Made by a program: the position numbers and the translations under genes
The notes under the pieces: model-generated
What the model was told of the DNA's origin: nothing
What the model saw: the letters and a program-made list of their open reading frames with translations, nothing else
Databases searched by the model: none
Shown: piece by piece, positions 51,369 through 63,289 of the stretch
Position numbering within the stretch: the first letter of the stretch is position 1
Layout: every line of letters starts with the position of its first letter
From: Malacoraja senta
Lineage: Eukaryota
Assembly (NCBI GenBank): GCA_038087875.1
Contig: CM075989.1
Location: 10,602,001 to 10,666,000, forward strand
Direction: 5' to 3'
Length of the DNA: 64,000 bases

Positions 51369-52370
51369 CAAAGTAATTAAATACATTTTAGTAATTGCTA
51401 GTCCAGTAATTTAGCCACGTTGCTACCACTCCCCCAGTAAATTATAGAGACAAATTACATAATCCTATATTTCTTTGAAGCTTAAGGGGTAATATAATTG
51501 TTTTGCTTAAAATTGCAAAGGGAGGTGATATGATAAGAACAGATCATTTATTTCCTCGGTTGAGGAATCAAGAATGAGGGGGCAGAACAAAAACTGGAGG
51601 CAGTCTGTTCCGGATTGGGATTGGGAAATAGATCTTCCCACAAAGGGCAGTGGAAACTTGAATTCTGATCTTTAAAAGGCTCTGGATGCTAAGTGTCAAT
51701 TGATGTTTGAAAAACAACAGATCTTTGTTACAGCAGTTTATCAAGAGATGTGAAGCAAAGTCAGGTAATGTAGTGGAATTACTGTCATCGGTCATGATCT
51801 GATTGAATGGTGGAACAGGTTCAAAGGGCCGAATGGACACCTTTTCTTTCTAAAGGTTTTTCTGTGATCATTGAAGTTACTTACAGGCTGCTACTGGTCA
51901 GATGATTCTGGTAGCAATGCCTGATGATTGTACAGTGAAAATACAGTTATTTTTCATCTCTTCCATCTGCCAGACCACACAGACCTTAGAAAGTAAAACA
52001 AAGGGACCTCTAATGTGCACATATCAAAGGCTTATTAATTTTTCGAGCCCAGTTTGCTTTGGTCCAAAAGCACCAACTGAAGAGCACTTCCTGTTAATGA
52101 CTAACAAAAGTCTTGCTGTGAATGATTGCAGCTTTCATTAATGTGCCAGATTGGCAATGCAAAACAAAATATTGGGGAATCTTACAACAGGTCAATGTGG
52201 GAGGTAGAGAAAAATACGGCAATGCATCGGTAATGTGTAAAGCACGACACACTCTTAATAATGGGGCAGATGAAATCTTGTCTGCAGTAATGTCTTAATA
52301 ATTAACATATTTAGCCAATCCACTGACTGGTGAGGGGTGAATTTCAGTTGGCAAAATGACTCTGTGTGTG

Positions 52371-52610
52371 ACTTTTTCACACAGAGAGTTGTGAGTCTGT
52401 GGAATTCTCTGCCTCAGAGGGCGGTGGAGGCCAGTTCTCTGGATACTTTCAAGAGAGAGCTTGATAGGGCTCTTAAAGATAGCGGAGTCATGGGATATGG
52501 GGAGAAGGCAGGAACGGGGTACTGATTGGGGATGATCAGCCATGATCACATTGAATGGCGGTGCTGGCTCGAAGGGCCGAATGGCCTACTCCTGCACCTA
52601 TTGTCTATTG
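52371..52610 (+). mobile_element. CR1 3' end
   Basis: FFTQRVVSLWNSLPQ...GYGEKAGTGY. Confidence 0.9.
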
Positions 52611-52891
52611 ACCTGCTTCTGTACTGTATGATTCTTCATTATTACTGAATGAAGAATCATCCAGCACAGAAGGAGGATATTTTGCTGACCATACCTCTGC
52701 TGGGACTTTAAGGAGCCATTCAATTTGTCTCCTTCCTCTGCTATTTTAATCTGCAAATTTATTTTTGATTATTTGTTCAAGCAGAGGACGGGGATGGTTT
52801 CATGCAAACTCAGCTAATCCAGTCCGTCTGCAAACCTCAGAACTAACTCGCCTGATCGTGCTGAAGGCTTGCAACGGCGCTATCGAGATAT

Positions 52892-53330
52892 GACATATGA
52901 TGAAAGAATGGTTCGACTGGGCTTGTATTCCCTGGAATTTAGAAGGATGCGAGGGGATCTTATAGAAACATATAACATTTTTAAAGGATTGGACAGGCTA
53001 CATGCAGGAAAAATGTTCCCCATGTTGGGAGAGTCCAGAACCAGGGGTCACAGTTTAATAATAAGGGGTAGGCCATTTAGGAGTGAGATGAGGAAAAACC
53101 TCTTCACCCAGAGAGTTGTGGATCTATGGAATTCTCTACCACAGAAGCCAGGTGTTTTCAAGAGATAGTTAGATTTAGCTCTTAGGGCTAAAGGAATCAA
53201 GGGATATGGGGAAAAAGCAGCGAAGGGGTACTGATTTTAAATGATCAGCCATAATCATATTGAATGGCAGTACTGGCTCGACGGGCTGATTGGCCTACTC
53301 ATGCACCTATTTTTCAATGTTTCTATAATT
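52892..53330 (+). mobile_element. CR1 3' fragment
   Basis: LGLYSLEFRRMRGDLIE...TRGHSL. Confidence 0.9.
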
Positions 53331-55828
53331 CTATGAGATGGGCCCCATTTTGCAATCCAAAGCCTGCCTTTGTAGAATGTGTCCAGCAGGTCAAGCCATA
53401 CTAAAGGAACGAGACAAACTGCACCAGTATCTCAGGTGAATGACTTACAGCAGAAGCGGCCAGTTCCAAGACTCAAGACAAGAGTGTTTAATTGTTATAT
53501 GCACCAGGATGAGAACAATGAAATTCTTACTTACTGCAGCCTTACAGGTACTTTAACGCAACTACACAATAATTTAACGTACAATAAACAATAATACAAT
53601 ACATTACCAGTTATATAAGGCAATCAGACTATAATAGTAAGCAAATAGAAAGCAAGTTGCCTGAATTTGTAGAATTTGATATTGGGCCCAGAGGAATGGA
53701 AAGCGTACTGGGGAAATATTAGGTGCTGTTCCTCAACTTTACATTGGGCCTTGTTATGACCGTGCAGGACACAGATAGATCAAAATGGGAGTGGGACAAA
53801 GAGGTAAAGGGGCAGGCAACAGGGAGCTCTATATTGCCCCCAATGGAGTGCACTCGAATGCTTTGCAAAATGGAGTTAGTCATGTTACAAATGCGCTTCT
53901 GCTTTATGCAAAGTTAGCCAGTCAGGCCCCTCTACAAACTCCAGTGGTAATGGGGCTGATTGTGTGGATTGCTAGCTTACAGCTTGGGCGATGGGCCGCA
54001 TTCCTGCATTTGTTGTGTTGTGTTCCCAACAACCATTGCCTTGGCTATCATCCCTTTTATCACTTAATCCCTCTTGCATGTGCCTGGTCACAGTCTTCCC
54101 CTATCATTCTTTCCTCCTCTCCCCTTCTTCTCATCGATCTAGACTTGTTTTAAACCCGTTACGTCACTGAAAGGCACTTGAACTGAAATATTAACATGGC
54201 TTCTCTCTACCAATGTTGTCTGATGTGACTGATATTTTCAGTTCTTGTTTCCTGCTCTCAGATCTGCTCCCGATGTGAAGATGTGAAGGCTAGCCAAGGG
54301 TATCTATCAGAGGGTGGACAATGTGGGACCATATCTCGGTAAGAAATTAATAACTTAAAATAAATAAAACCTAAAAGGAAAATACATTTAATTACTTTAT
54401 TTTTAATTTTGAAAGAGTCTATTATCTAATTTGACTTAAGCAAGGATTGCAGTGGACAGAGGGTAATATTATCATACACACAATCCTGTTGGTTTTGTGT
54501 CCGAGACTTGTATTAATCACTCCCATTATCTCTGTTTGAGGTCAGTGGACACATAGCAAGTGACATAACTGGGCCACTATGTTATTATGTAGCAGACAAC
54601 ATGGCTGCCAATGGTAAAACAATTAAATGGTTGACATGAAGTGAGAGAATTGGAGGAATGCAGGGATCTTGGAGGATTATGTACATTCCGCTGATGGGGA
54701 TGAATGAGGGGAAAGAGGATTTGGATTCAAAAATGTGAATGTTTAAACTGAGATGTTATCTGACTTGGATCTGGCTGAGAGAGTACTAGAAGGATCAGAC
54801 AGGCAGATGGAAGCCCTGGCCTCCTAAACTTGGATGTGAAGTGTGTTGGAATGACATCAGATTTTGAAAACCTCCACATTAATTAAAAACTCTCAAATGA
54901 AGGGATATACGTACTGGTTACAGACAAGTTAATTAAAACCTGAAAATGGCTTTTTAGTGGATGATGGATCTCTATCCCAGACAATATGTGCAGGCTAGAC
55001 ACAAAATGCTGGAGTAACTCAGCAGGATAGGCAACATTGCTGGGGAACAAGAAGATGATGCTCCTTCTTGAGTTACTTCAGCATTTTGTTACTTTCGTCA
55101 GTATAAACCAGCATCTGCAGTTCCTTCCTACACAATTTGTGCAGGCTTGTTCATTACAAATATTTATAGTTGGGCAGATCCATTTTTGAAAGATCGGAGC
55201 TTTGAGGGAAATGGCGAACTGACACAAAAAGACGAGTAGCAGCCTGGGACAGATCGGCCATGATTACATTGAGGGGCCGAGTGGCCTACTACTCCTGCTC
55301 CTGTATTGTGTGCTCTTGTGTTCCTTATAAACCCCTGTCTCACGGTGCGAGTTGACCCACGAGGAACCCCGAGCTTAAAACAAATTTAACTCATGGTAAT
55401 CACGTACGATTAACGTAGCGGGAACGTCGTAACTCGTGGACGCAACTTAGCGACTCGTGGCGCTAACGGCAGGTACCCGTGACACTTGTTAACTCTTGGA
55501 AAAATTCAAACATGTTTAAAGTTTTCCATGAGTAAAATGTACTCTTGAGGTTAAAAATTGAAACATTTAAACACGTTGTAAGAACGTAGTGGCCCGTGCG
55601 TTTACCTTAGTGACTCGTGAGTCTACCGTGGGAACTCTTTAACTCAGCGGGCAGGCAGCATCTCTGGAGAGAAGGAATGGGTGATGGGATGACATTTCCA
55701 AATTGGGGGGGGGGAGGAGGGGGAGGACAGAGAGTGGAGGGAGAGGAGGGGGAGACAGATGGGGGTGTCTTCATTCACTAGCGGCGGGTGCCTGTCACTG
55801 AAACAGGCAGGTGAGATTTCACATCCAC

Positions 55829-56530
55829 CGTGTGTGTGTGTGTGTCTCTCTCTCTCTCTCTCCCTCCTTCCCTCTCACACAGGCTGAGAGACTCTGCCTC
55901 TGTGAGTGTACGTCTCTTTCTCCCCCTCTTCCACACACAGTAAGACCGAGGTAAGTCCATCTGTGTAAGTCCATCTGTGTCTCCCACATACACAGTAAAA
56001 CTCTGCTTTGTGTGTGTATATACGTCTCCCCACCTCTCTCTTTCTCCCCCCCCCCACCTCTCTCTTTCTCCCCCCACACACAATAAGACCGATGTATTCT
56101 GCTTAGTCTCTCTTCCCTCCCACACACACAGATAGACCGAGGTCCTGTGCGCTCTTTCTCTCTCCACCACAGTCACGCCAAAGTACACCACACTGCCTCT
56201 GTGCCTCTCTCTGTATCTCTGTCTCTCTCCCCCTCTCTCCTTCATACACAGTCAGAGGCCCACACTGTCTCTGTGTCTCTCTCTCCCTTACACACACACA
56301 CAGACTGAGGTACACACTGCCCGTTGTGTATGTGTGTCTGCCTCTGCCTCTCTCTCGCACACACACAGTTAAAGGTACTCCACGCTGCCTGTGTGTGTGT
56401 GTGTCTCTCTCTCTCTCTCTCTCTCTGTCCCACCCCCCACACCCACACACAGTCAGTCAGTCAGAGGAACTCCACGCTGTGTGTGTGTGTGCGCCTCTGT
56501 CTCTCCCTATCACAGTCAGAGTGAGGTACT
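55829..56530 (+). repeat. Degenerate (TG)n(TC)n(CA)n-cag...gaggt minisatellite
   Basis: About 10 diverged units. Confidence 0.8.
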
Positions 56531-56714
56531 CCCCCGCAGTCTCTCCGCGGCCTCTCCCCGGGCAGGGTGCATCTGCCTCAGGCTGCCCAGGCAGTCAGAC
56601 ACGACTCCAGTGGCGGGCTCCATGCACAGCTCCTGCCGGCCGGCTGGGAGCGGCGAAGGAGGGCAGGGGGAAGTTGACCACCAGCGGGGCAGTCTCGGCT
56701 CTCCATGCAGTTCC

Positions 56715-56766
56715 ATGCAGTCCGAGTCTCGCTGGATCCTCGTAATCCTCTGCCTCTGTCAAATGG
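56715..56766 (+). CDS. Candidate signal-peptide-coding first exon (MQSESRWILVILCLCQM-G, phase 1)
   Basis: ATG at 56715, hydrophobic core, consensus donor G|GTGAGT at 56767, GC/CpG-rich upstream region; no downstream exon identified. Confidence 0.35.
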
Positions 56767-58194
56767 GTGAGTTTAACCTGAACCCCCCCCCCCCCCCCCA
56801 ACCTCCCTCCACCTCAACTCACGCCTGGGCACCAAAGCAGCTCAGGAGGCGAACCCTGAGCTCCGTCTCCCAACAATCTGATGTGCGCATCCGTGCACAT
56901 TCAAAGATTTCATCTCCAGTCTCCCCGCAGTGTGTAGACCTGGCAGTAAATTCAATTAAAATATAGCAAACCTCCGTCTGCTGGTCTTCTAACTACGTGA
57001 TGTGTGTTTCAAACAAATCATCAGTATAACTGCCCTGGCACTGGACGGTGCGCATTTTCCCTTTGTAGATCACATCAATAGATGCGGCCGCGCTGAATTC
57101 TATCTTTATCTCAAAGCCGCAGGATGGAGATGTTGCTTATTAAAACAGACCTTCATTGAAGGTTGGCTCAAGAGTAACTCGGGAAAGGAACTTGTTAACT
57201 CAGGGGACGAACTTGGAACATCGCAGAAATGACAGTTAACGGCAAACTTGAGTCATACCCGTGGGAACTCGGTTAAACTCTTGATCATACACTTGGAATC
57301 TCGTGCACAACCACGAGTCTTTCGCTCGAGGTACCTCGTGGGTCAACTCGCACCGTGAGACAGGGGTATCTGCTTCCTGCTGCTTTGCAGTTGTACAGAG
57401 AAATATGAAAGCTATAAATTCCCAAGCTGTCAAGTTACATGCCAGTATAGTCAGTCCCTGCCATAATAGTAGAATGATATATTGAGTGGAACCTGGTTTT
57501 ACACCATTTTCACAAATTTTAATTTAATGAACCTTTTTTCAGTTTGCTTATATATTATCAATTGATTACCATGTTTATAAACCTGTTGTGCTGTCTGCTG
57601 CAAATAATTATGGCATTTTTCCTTTTCAGGACATATGACTATAAAACACTTGACTCTTGACTCTACTCTTACCAATGAAGGATGATTTAATTCAGAGTTA
57701 TCCTTTGAATATTTCCCTTAGAAATCCGCGTGTGATATATAAGAATCATATTAAAAACATTGCACACTTAGCTACATCTTTGGCCAATCTGTTAAGTCAC
57801 CGTCCAAGGCAGATTATTTCACTCAAAGACAAGTTCTGGAATCTATTGCAGAGATCAGCTAAGACTTAATAAAATGAAAATGGTGATGCCTCACAAAAGT
57901 TATGCTCTACTGAGAATTTTCTTTGTGAATGACAGCGAGGAGGAAATTATTGCCATATGCTGTAAACAGGAAGAAAGACACCAGTCCAACCGCCCACACT
58001 CCAAAGCAATTAAAATCATCGCTATGGGAGGAACTAGATGTCCTCAAGAGGCAGTAGGGTCAGTGATCTTTGGCGGCCGGACATATGCCTCTTTTCCCCA
58101 CTTACTTTCTAATGAACGTAACCAAATAGTGCAGATCTAGAATACAAGGGAACACTGAGGATCAGAAATATGTCTGCACAGCCAACCCATCAGC

Positions 58195-58375
58195 ATCAGC
58201 TCAGTGGCTCAGCTGGATAGCACTCTAGATTTGGAGTCAAAATATTGGTCCAAAACCAACCCCATTACAAAATTGAGACAGAGACTGAGCGTGCAGTACC
58301 AAAGGAGTGCTGCTCTCTGTTGGAATGTTTCTTTTGGATGGAGTGTTTAAACCATGGTCATGTCTGCCGTTTTGC
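58195..58375 (+). mobile_element. Ancient Deu-domain-type SINE remnant
   Basis: tRNA-like head tggctcagctgg followed by gtgcagtaccaaaggagtgctgc...gtgtttaaacc; assigned from memory of the family. Confidence 0.5.
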
Positions 58376-58504
58376 CATGGCCTCAGATGGTTCACATCAA
58401 TGATTAGGTGCTCCTGCTGATGCTCTTGGCTTAATATTGGCTCATGTTTTTCTGACTCTGCTCAAAAAATAATAATTTGGTGAACATTTTGTAAAGTGCA
58501 ATAG

Positions 58505-59045
58505 TCACTGCGTATTAGAGTATTGGGTTCAGTTTTGGCCACCGTATTATGGGAACGATGTTGTTAAGCTGAAAGGGTGCAGAGAAGATTTACGAGGATG
58601 TTGCCAAGACCCGAGGGGCTGAGCTATAAGGAGAGGTTGAGTAGGCTAGGAATTTAGTCCTTGGAGTGCAATGGGCTGATGAGTGATCTTATAGAGGTGT
58701 AGAAAATCACGAGAGAAATAGATCGGGTAAATGCACAGAATGTCCTGTCCAGAGTAGGAGAATCGAGAACTGAAGGACAAGGTAAGGGGATGATGATTTA
58801 ATAGGAACCTGAGGGTGAACCTTCTTTTACACAAAAGGTGGTGGGTGTATGGAACGAGTTACCAGAGGAGGTAGTTGAGGCACGTACTATCGCAATGTTT
58901 AAAAAACATTTAGACAGGTACATGGATAGGATAGGTTTAGAGGGACATGGGCCAAACAAAGGTAGGTGGGACTAATGTAGATGGGGCATGTTGGTCAGTG
59001 TTGGTAAATAGGGCATAAGGTTGTTTCCACACTGTGTGACTCAAT
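58505..59045 (+). mobile_element. HER1-type CR1 LINE 3' fragment
   Basis: RVQRRFTRMLP and FTQKVVGVWNELPEEVVEA remnants; 3' end shared with HE1. Confidence 0.88.
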
Positions 59046-59875
59046 GACATAAAAGCAACTTTCAATTCCTTGGGATAGATTATTTGGCTACAAACAGATG
59101 AAAAAAGGACCACTACCCAAGAATTAACCAAAACGTTCCTTGATAACTTTTTCTATCTTTTAATTAATTTTAGAGATTAGTTTATTTGCCCTGGCAGTTG
59201 AAAGACCATCATGCTTGGCTTGTGGCTCATGTATCATGAGTGTCACCATGAAGCTGAGATTCATGGTCTGACCTTCTGATGACCCTGTGAGAATGGTGAG
59301 TACTGTGTGTCACGGTGATTGTTCAAGGGGCAAGTTCATGATCATAATAAACTTCTTTGCAGTTGAAGAGATTGAGGGGTGATCTTATTTTAAGTTCTTT
59401 AGGAGGCAGGACTGAGTGTATGTCGAGATGTTTTTATGAGTGAGTGCATAGTTATAAGATTAGGAGCGGGTCATTTAAACCTAAGCTGCATTGGAACTTC
59501 TAGCAGAGGGTGGTGAATCTCTAGGATTTTCTACCCCAAAGGGCTGTGGAAATAAGATGCTGAGGGATTTAAAAAGGAAATAGTTCATTTGTTGTAAGAG
59601 CAGGGTATTGAGGGCTTCAAGGAACTGGCACAGAAGAGGAGATGAAGCCTGGAACAGATGAGGTCTGATCATAGTGAATGGCAGGGCAGGTTTGAGGGGC
59701 TGAGTAGCCCACTCCTGCTCCTGGATGTGTCTATCTATTTGTCAATAGGGTTTACAACACTGAATAACAAACGCAACCGTTTGAATAAACATATAATAAA
59801 AGAAAAGAAATAAATGATTCTTTATATTTTGTCAGGACATTTCATATTCTCTCATGACAATGGAGAAGTTCAGTT

Positions 59876-60215
59876 TAGAAACAAGGAACTGCAGATGCCG
59901 ATTCACAAGAAAGGATATAGTAACTCAGCAGGTCAGGCAGCATCTGTGGAGAACATGGACAGGTGACATTTTGGGTCAGGACTCCTCTTTGAACTCATTA
60001 TGGACGGGGGGTGGGGGGGGAAGAAAGCTGGGAGAGAGAGAGACAGGGACCCCAAGACCCTTCCAGGTGAGACAAACATTGACATGCACCTTTTCAAACC
60101 TTGTCTACTGTATTGGGTGCAGTCATGTCTCTCCCAGCTTTCTACCCCCCCCCCCCCCCCACAATGAGTCTGAAGAAGGACCCTGACCCGAAACATCACC
60201 TATCCATGTTCTTCT
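59876..60215. mobile_element. Palindromic PLE derivative retaining a GIY-YIG coding remnant
   Basis: Inverted arms enclose PFQVRQTLTCTFSNLVYCIGC (60050-60120). Confidence 0.82.
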
Positions 60216-61142
60216 ACGTTTGTGATACAGCAGTGAAACAGGCCCTTCAGCCCACTGAGTCCACACTGACCATCGAGCACTTGATCACACCAGTCCTATG
60301 TTAACCCACTTTTGCATCCTCACCCTGCACATTAGGGGCAATTTACTGAGGCCACTTAACCTACACACCCACATGTCCCTGGGATGTGGGAGGAACCCGG
60401 GCACCCAAAGGAAACCCTAGCGGACACGGGGAGAACGTGCAAACTCCACTTGCAGCAGCTGAGGTCAGGATCAAACCTGGCAACAGGTCCACCAGCTGCA
60501 CCACACTGCCACCCCAGCTTCATTACCAGGAGCTCACAACACTGAAATTGTTGATCAGAAGATTTATTGCAAACTGAGTCACCGGCTTTCTGTACATCAT
60601 AATGAGGCTACTTAACAGGAGCATTATATTAGGCAACATCTATTCATACAATACTTCTACCTTTCATCAAGATACAAAGACACAGCTAAGTGTGAGCAAT
60701 ATTTCTCTAAATGTCAGTTCCAAATTTTAAACATAAAAAATGTTAACTTGTGGTTTTTGAACTGTAACTGATATAATGCAGGAACACTACAGCTAAGGTT
60801 TGCTTAATGTGCTTCCACTAACAACTAGAACATATATTATTCTATAATTTGCTTTCAGTGGTACTAAAAGGACACCCTTAGTCCTGTTCAAAATAGAGTT
60901 ACATGCTCTCTCAAGTGCACCTGACAGCAGCTTGGTTTAAGTCTCACTGTTAATACGGCCCCCACGAGTGCACCGGGCTTCAGTCCAGAGTTTTGTGCTC
61001 AAGTCTCTTTGTAGTGTTACTTTAAAAAATTCAGAATGATGGTGAAAAAAAGTGTGCATTCAAGGCACGTTGGTGAATAATCTAGCCTGTATGTGGCAGA
61101 GAGTAGCCCTGAGATCCCAGCTATGTTATTCGTGACAGATGT

Positions 61143-61478
61143 GGGCGCAGCGGTAGAGTTGCTGCCTTACAGAGCCGGAGACCCGGGGTCGATCCCGACT
61201 ATGGGCGCTGTCTGTGCGGAGTTTGTACCTTCTCCCCGTGACCGCGTGGGTTTTCTCTGAGATCTTCAGTTTCCTCCCACACTCCAAAGACGTACAGGAA
61301 TGTAGGTTAATTGGGTTGATGTATGTGTAAAAATTGTCCCTAAGAGTGTGTGTACGATAGTGTTAGTGTGCGGGGATTGCTGGTCGATGCGGACTCGGTG
61401 GGCCGAATGTTTCGATCTCTAAACTAAGTTGTTTAGATCTCTAAACTAAGATGTTTAGATCTCTAAGCTAAACTAAAC
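61143..61478 (+). mobile_element. HE1-type tRNA SINE with tandemly expanded tail
   Basis: Family body; gatctctaa(a/g)ctaa repeated three times. Confidence 0.9.
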
Positions 61479-62084
61479 AAAATTTGATTTTTTAGTGTTT
61501 TTTACAATTTTCAACAGATAAAATCAGGTCATAAAGAACCGAAATAACTCAGAAAGTCAGGCAGCATCTCTGGAGAAACATGTTCGCTTCAGATACTGCC
61601 TGACCTGCTGGGTGTTTCCAGGTTTTTTTGTTTTTATCTCAAACTTGTTTGATTATCATTTCCGATATCACAACCATTGGCATGTTTCAAACATACAATT
61701 GTGATGTTGAGTTGAGTAAACTGTGATAGAGATTTAAATCCATCATTACTTTCACAGTAAGTTGTTGAGGCAAATAGTGTGGGTCCCTTTAAGGAGAAAG
61801 GAGGGATAAGGTATAGAAGGTTGGGTTAATGCGGAGAGATGAAAAAGGATGGGAGAACACTTTGGTGGAGCAAGACAACATATTAGATCTGGGTTATCTC
61901 GTAACATGTTGCTAGAATAAAAGGTCAGATTTACTGTTTCTCTAGAGTGTTTAATTGTCATATGCACCTGGACTGGAACTAAATATTCTTACATTATGCA
62001 GCTTTAGGGACATTAACACAACAACACAACAAATAAACAATGATACAATATATTACCAGTTATGCTAGATTATCATACCTAATA

Positions 62085-62210
62085 GCGGTGGGAGATTGCA
62101 ACATTCACGTGGTCTGCCCTGTTTCGACGAATGCAATCAACCTGGCGTGCACAATCAAGTGAGATCAAATAGAACAACTTTAGGCTGTGCACGCCATACG
62201 CAAGAAGAAG
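62085..62210 (+). mobile_element. HDV-ribozyme-headed short retroposon, family B copy 2
   Basis: TSD atcatacctaata (62072-62084 / 62211-62223); ribozyme at 62085-62138; (AAG)n tail. Confidence 0.9.
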
Positions 62211-63289
62211 ATCATACCTAATAGTTGAGCCCAAAGAACACAGTGAACATCATGAAAACAGTCCATTGTAGTGTGTTGCTGGGGTAGACATGGGTTAGGG
62301 TTGCGCAGGGTGATTCAAGAGCCTGATGGTTGATGAGAAGATGTTATTCTTGAACCTGGAAGTATTGGTGCTCAGGCTCCTGTACCTTCTTCCTGATGGT
62401 AACAGCGAGACAAGAGCATGGCCGGGGTGGTGTGGATCTTTGATGATGATTGCTGTCTTCTCCGCTTCACCTTTGTGAGTGGATTTAAGCTTCACTCTGG
62501 TGCTGTGTAGCTTCACTCATCTCTGGCTGTTACTCAATGAACTGATCCAACTGGCTCAATAAGGTGCAGTGTCGGCAATAAGTAATGGCAAGTCTACCTT
62601 CCTGAACAATTTGGTCTCATCCATTCATGGAGCGCCTACAATTAATCAGCAAGGATATCAAGTGCAGCAAAGTTAGCTGCCACACCTGGTATTTTCCTTC
62701 CACTTCGGCATTTGGGGTATGATGTAAGGCATATTTTGACCCCTTGAAATCTCTTCAAATAAATCCATCAAGTTAAAAAAGTTTAGGCAAGCATTGCCTC
62801 ATCCAGAAAACAGCCAGAACTCAACTGTGAGCCACAGTGAAACCCAAGCTGCTGTAGATGTTGAGCAAGAAATGTTAGTTCATCAGGCCGAAATAGCAAG
62901 GCTGTGGAGTCATTGGCAGGTCCTTTAGTAACAGATAATAATACGGCTCCTTGGAAGTAAGTATTTTTTGGAACAGATCTCAAGCTGGCCACGTCTTCAC
63001 CAATCCACACATGCTGTGGCTCCACAAAAGGACCAGCGTTCTTTCCCTCACATACCTCTCCAAACTTGCACTGCTATGCAGACCGGTGTTGGTTTATTTG
63101 GTAAACACAATCATCTTTCTTTTATATAAAAGAGAAAACGTTTGAGGCGCTAAGCAGGGTTGAGATGGAAATTAAAGGTAAGTCTATATGGCAGAGTGCA
63201 TACACTTCATCGTGACATGCCTGTTACTTAAAGGAGCCTTTTTATGGAATGCAAAGAACTGAGAAACAATGGATTAAAAAGCAAAGAAG

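Larger units (their letters stand above)
55331..57367. mobile_element. TIR-bounded non-autonomous DNA transposon (~2.0 kb; PIF/Harbinger-like by inference)
   Basis: 44-bp TIRs (55331-55374 / 57324-57367) with 2 mismatches, first 34 bp perfect; subterminal actcgtg-type repeats; no transposase ORF; TSD not clear. Confidence 0.75.

Noticed and set aside
55778-56524. Multiple overlapping ORFs
   Set aside because: Translations of dinucleotide microsatellites.
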